A DNA stretch of 64,000 bases, from positions 32,304,001-32,368,000 of the forward strand of contig OZ249436.1 of the NCBI GenBank assembly GCA_965235115.1, given 5' to 3'. Positions 60,492 through 64,000 of this stretch are shown one piece after another. A program made the position numbers and the translations under genes. The notes below the pieces were generated by a model. It saw only the letters and a program-made list of their open reading frames with translations. It searched no databases and was not told the origin of the DNA. This DNA is from Laetmonice hystrix. Its lineage: Eukaryota. How positions within the stretch are numbered: position 1 is the first letter of the stretch; each line of letters opens with the position of its first letter.

Positions 60492-60805
60492 TTAATGTGC
60501 CATAAAACTCACGGTAGGAGACATACGATCCGTCTTGGCCATGATGACATATTTTTATGTTAGCCCATAATATACGGGTGTGTACATAGGAAACGGGGAT
60601 AGCAGAGACACTGTCTCCTATTTAAAAAGGAACATTTACTTATCCCGCCACCCACCTTTAAACATCAATATTTGTATAGGCCCATAATGGTTTATTGTTT
60701 ACAGTTTACTGAAATCAATAGGCCTATGAAATGGTAACATCAAAACTTATAGTCCCCTCTATATGTTCCCCTCAATTATTGAGGAACCAAGGGCATGTAT
60801 ACCAG

Positions 60806-60950
60806 TAATGAAGGATAGGCCCATGCATGACCGATTTACGGCCGATTTTGAGATACGGCCGATTTTTCTCTATAGTTTTCCCATGGAGAAAAATCGGCCG
60901 TATACGTCCAAATCGGCCGTAAATCGGTCCGTGTACCTGGGTCTTTATTA
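60806..60950. mobile_element. Palindromic MITE
   Basis: gaccgatttacggccgattt...atacggccgatttttctc / gagaaaaatcggccgtat...aaatcggccgtaaatcggtc. Confidence 0.75.
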
Positions 60951-62487
60951 GGCCTAATACGGGGATATCTGCCTATGTTTATACAGGTGAGTTTAGAAAT
61001 GAAGGTTCGCTATCGTTTAATCGACGTCTATAGTTAGGTAAAAAATCATTAAATGTCTCATGTAAGTTTGAAGGCAGAATACGTCCGCTACATGCATGCT
61101 ATAGCCATGCCGTATGAAATAACGGTTTTCTTCTCTTTTCCAGTCCCAATACCAATGACGCACTATATAACAATAAGAATCTATTCTGACTCTAAGTTGG
61201 CCTATAGATCAATATGCAGTTGTCGAGAGCATAAAACCAATGTTCACCCTGCCTCCAAATCTTTATTAAGATTCATAAACCGTGTCCGGTCTTTATTAAG
61301 GTATATAAGGGGATAAGTAGGCTATAACTATAAACCTATATGTGCCCTGTTTAAGAATGCGGACTGCATTGTGAAGCGGGGCAGTGGCCTACATTTTGTA
61401 CTTTGGAGGCTAGATGGTAGCCACGCCGAGAGGGTGTTTACATCTGGCAAAGTGGGTGTGGGGTGTGGAGGGGTGTGGAGGGGTGGGGTGGGGTGGGGTG
61501 GGGTGGGGAGGGGTGGGAGAGGGTTCCGTTGCTATTAACGGTATGGGAAACACCTGTGTGCAACAGATGGGGGGGAGGTCGGGCCTTACCTATGGTAATT
61601 GTTGTGGGTATGGGTCATGCTTTCAAAGTGTTGTGGAGGGAAACACCCCCTTTAGGTACAACATTATAATTTCTCACTCCAGTCAGATTTTTCCTGTGGA
61701 CACCTGAGAACAAGCATTATGGGGGTTCTATAGCCTATAAGCCTATATGAACATGCGATATAAGTTCATGTTCTGCCGCTTGCTTCCCTTGGCACCTTTA
61801 AAACACATGCAAACACATATATCTACAGCGCGTTTATAGTGAACAGCGCTGAAATACCGCAAAGACCTATAAACACGATAGGCCAATATTCGGGTCTATT
61901 GACGCCCCTGTTTGGTAGACATAAATTCGGTATAAGAAAAAGTGGGAACCAATACCAGGCGAACGTCAAACAAAACAATATAGGCCTTAGGCCTAACCAT
62001 GAGTGACACTGGTAGATCTACCTACACCTAGACCCTCCAACAGTCAATATTATCGGGCCTCCAGATGCCGAGATTATCTGCAGGCCTACGGGCAGCAGAG
62101 ATTGACAGTCCAATTTCCAAGCAGGTAAATAAATCCAGGGTCCTACATGAGTATACGACTCTTATATTAATAACATGACATTGTATGCATTTGCTGGATG
62201 CGCATGCACATTATGTATGATGCATGCACCCGCACGACCCCATCGCATTAAACCCAGGGCCAAGGGTATACCGCTGTCTGTCCTGTCTCTTCCCGGTGGC
62301 CGACTAACAGGACTGGTCTATATGAATCAGGCCAACCCCCTCCAGTAGTTGGAAAGGAACCGCTCCGCGTGCATTCGGCGCATTGCGACCTACTTCTCGC
62401 AAACTCATTTATTATGAATGAATCTAGGCTACTTGGTAGCTTACTCTCCATAGCGCAGCGGACTACGCAAGCTATCAGACATAACGT

Positions 62488-62581
62488 GGGCGGGGCTTGT
62501 TCCTTATAAGGAATATATTCCGGGAATTGTGTATAGTTCCAGCAAAAACCGCGTGTGGTGCGCCTGACAAAGTTCCAAGAA
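62488..62581 (+). promoter_or_regulatory. Cis-element cluster: GC box, CArG box, two GAS/STAT sites
   Basis: GGGCGGGGC 62488-62496; CCTTATAAGG 62502-62511; TTCCGGGAA 62518-62526; TTCCAAGAA 62573-62581. Confidence 0.5.
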
Positions 62582-63221
62582 ACCCAAGCCGGCTGTGTGA
62601 GGTTGGCTTCAATTGAAGCGAGCTAAATGGAGGATTTCTCGGTAGCAGATGTGTGTGTATGCCTTTGTATTAAAACATGCTCGTCCGTGGCGGAGTGTCA
62701 GGATAGGCCTGAGAGAAAGGCTCGTGGAAACAGCTAGGATATTTTAGTGAGGACCCCGCCATTACTACATGAGACGGTTCTCACGGGGTGTGTGTCTCTT
62801 CTCTTTCAAACATAAGGCCAAGCTATGACACGATGGATACCAGTGGGTGCGAATGGAGCATTCTGAGACAGGAGAGGTCGGAGAGGCGTTCAAGTAGGGA
62901 CTTCCAACCGTGTGGACACAGAAATAGACGTCTGAACATCGCTGTCAGGCAGCAGCGAGGGACTGTCGGTCCCTCTCTCTGCACGCTCCTGCCTGGCCGT
63001 AGCTGAAGCCGTGGACCGCTCCGTACTACAAGGTTAGAGGGGGCGATAACAACTATCTGAATCATGTGCTGTTGACCGCCGTGTAGGACAGTACATATAG
63101 TATAAACTAGGCTAGGCATATACTACAGGTGTGCCGTAATCACCGAGAGCTCAAACCCTGTGACGTTGGCTGGGTCCGACGGGTTCAACAGTAGGTTACT
63201 CAACGCACTCGGCGATCTGGT

Positions 63222-64000
63222 ATGCGGATGTGCCTGCTCAATATGAACGATGGTCGGCCGAGCGTAGGTGGATGTTGTGCCGACTGCCAGCCTCAGGCGT
63301 CTTGCCCGGCCGTAAACGCAGCAGTACTGCCGCCTGCAGCATTGGACCCTTCCCCAGCCGAAGGACCGCCGCTGTTGGACGGCCGCCCGTTTACGCTCAT
63401 GCCGGTGTTAGAGCTCACTGATGCCGTCTGCCAGCAGGTTTGGGCCGACACTCTGGCCTGTTCGGGTGGACTGCTGACCGTACTGGGTAGCCGCAGCGGC
63501 ATGGTCCCTATGCCAGGCGCCACCAGGAGATGGTCACTGTGTAGGATCAACTCCAACGACAGCGGGTTGCTGCCGGAGTCTCTGTCAATCTGCGACCAGC
63601 GCGATGTCACAAATGCATGGGCCACTCAGTCCACGAGAAGCCGCAATCCCCATAATAGAAATTCAATGTGCATGAGGAGGCTAGGCCAACCGAGGCGGGC
63701 CCATCACACCCAGTCATGGCATCCGCAAGATTGCGAAGAGGAAAGTCTAAGTTTGCAATTAACTTCTATGGGCAATGCCAGGTGCAATTCCAATAATAGA
63801 CTGCAGTGGAGTAGAAATAATGGTACCGGCATGACTCTACAGTCTGGGGACATGACCCCGTCAACCCCGGGGTCGAATTTTCTTGTGGTCGGGGAGCCCC
63901 AGAAAACACGGAACCAGTGTCAATGTTGTGAGTCTACCCAGAACGTGTATGAAAATGTCCGGAATTCGAATTGTCCAAGCAGTTGGCGCACGTGTCCGGT
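63222..64000 (+). CDS. 5' part of an unidentified protein-coding gene (>=259 aa, open at window end; disordered, signalling-protein-like)
   Basis: Stop-free frame from ATG 63222 (MRMCLLNMNDGRPS...TQNVYENVRNSNCP...) to base 64000. GC-rich relative to introns; acceptor-like tactacag at 63121-63128. Absent from the ORF track because it lacks a stop. Confidence 0.65.
   Translation, partial: MRMCLLNMNDGRPSVGGCCADCQPQASCPAVNAAVLPPAALDPSPAEGPPLLDGRPFTLMPVLELTDAVCQQVWADTLACSGGLLTVLGSRSGMVPMPGATRRWSLCRINSNDSGLLPESLSICDQRDVTNAWATQSTRSRNPHNRNSMCMRRLGQPRRAHHTQSWHPQDCEEESLSLQLTSMGNARCNSNNRLQWSRNNGTGMTLQSGDMTPSTPGSNFLVVGEPQKTRNQCQCCESTQNVYENVRNSNCPSSWRTCP

Noticed and set aside
62044..62124. Exon-like segment (caacag|...cag|gtaaat) as a 5' exon of the third gene
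   Set aside because: Plausible UTR exon but unsupported without transcript data
63293..63625. Minus-strand 110-aa ORF
   Set aside because: Antisense shadow of the longer plus-strand frame from 63222

Overview
Eukaryotic (invertebrate metazoan-type) genomic DNA with spliceosomal introns; no prokaryotic features. Three protein-coding loci could be read by hand. (1) A minus-strand SDS22-type leucine-rich-repeat gene: 7 exons at 7572->2822, continuing off the left edge. (2) A divergently oriented, complete 27-exon TRPM-family cation channel at 12136-52811 (+, about 1754 aa). It has TRPM2-like MHR1/2, Ca2+-site, pore and TRP-box motifs, a ~350-aa disordered N-terminal extension, two GC-AG introns, no NUDT9-H or kinase domain, and a C-terminal PxIxIT-like motif. 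(3) The start of a third gene: an ORF from 63222 open to the window end, missing from the ORF track, preceded by a GC-box/CArG/two-STAT-site cluster. Introns contain many MITEs (Kolobok-, Tc1/pogo-, Harbinger- and hAT-like), tRNA-SINE remnants and minisatellites; one minisatellite amplifies an exon's own splice donor. Most entries in the ORF track are spurious or partial exons. No clearly new multi-gene system is demonstrable; the best leads are the atypical TRPM architecture and its regulatory context.
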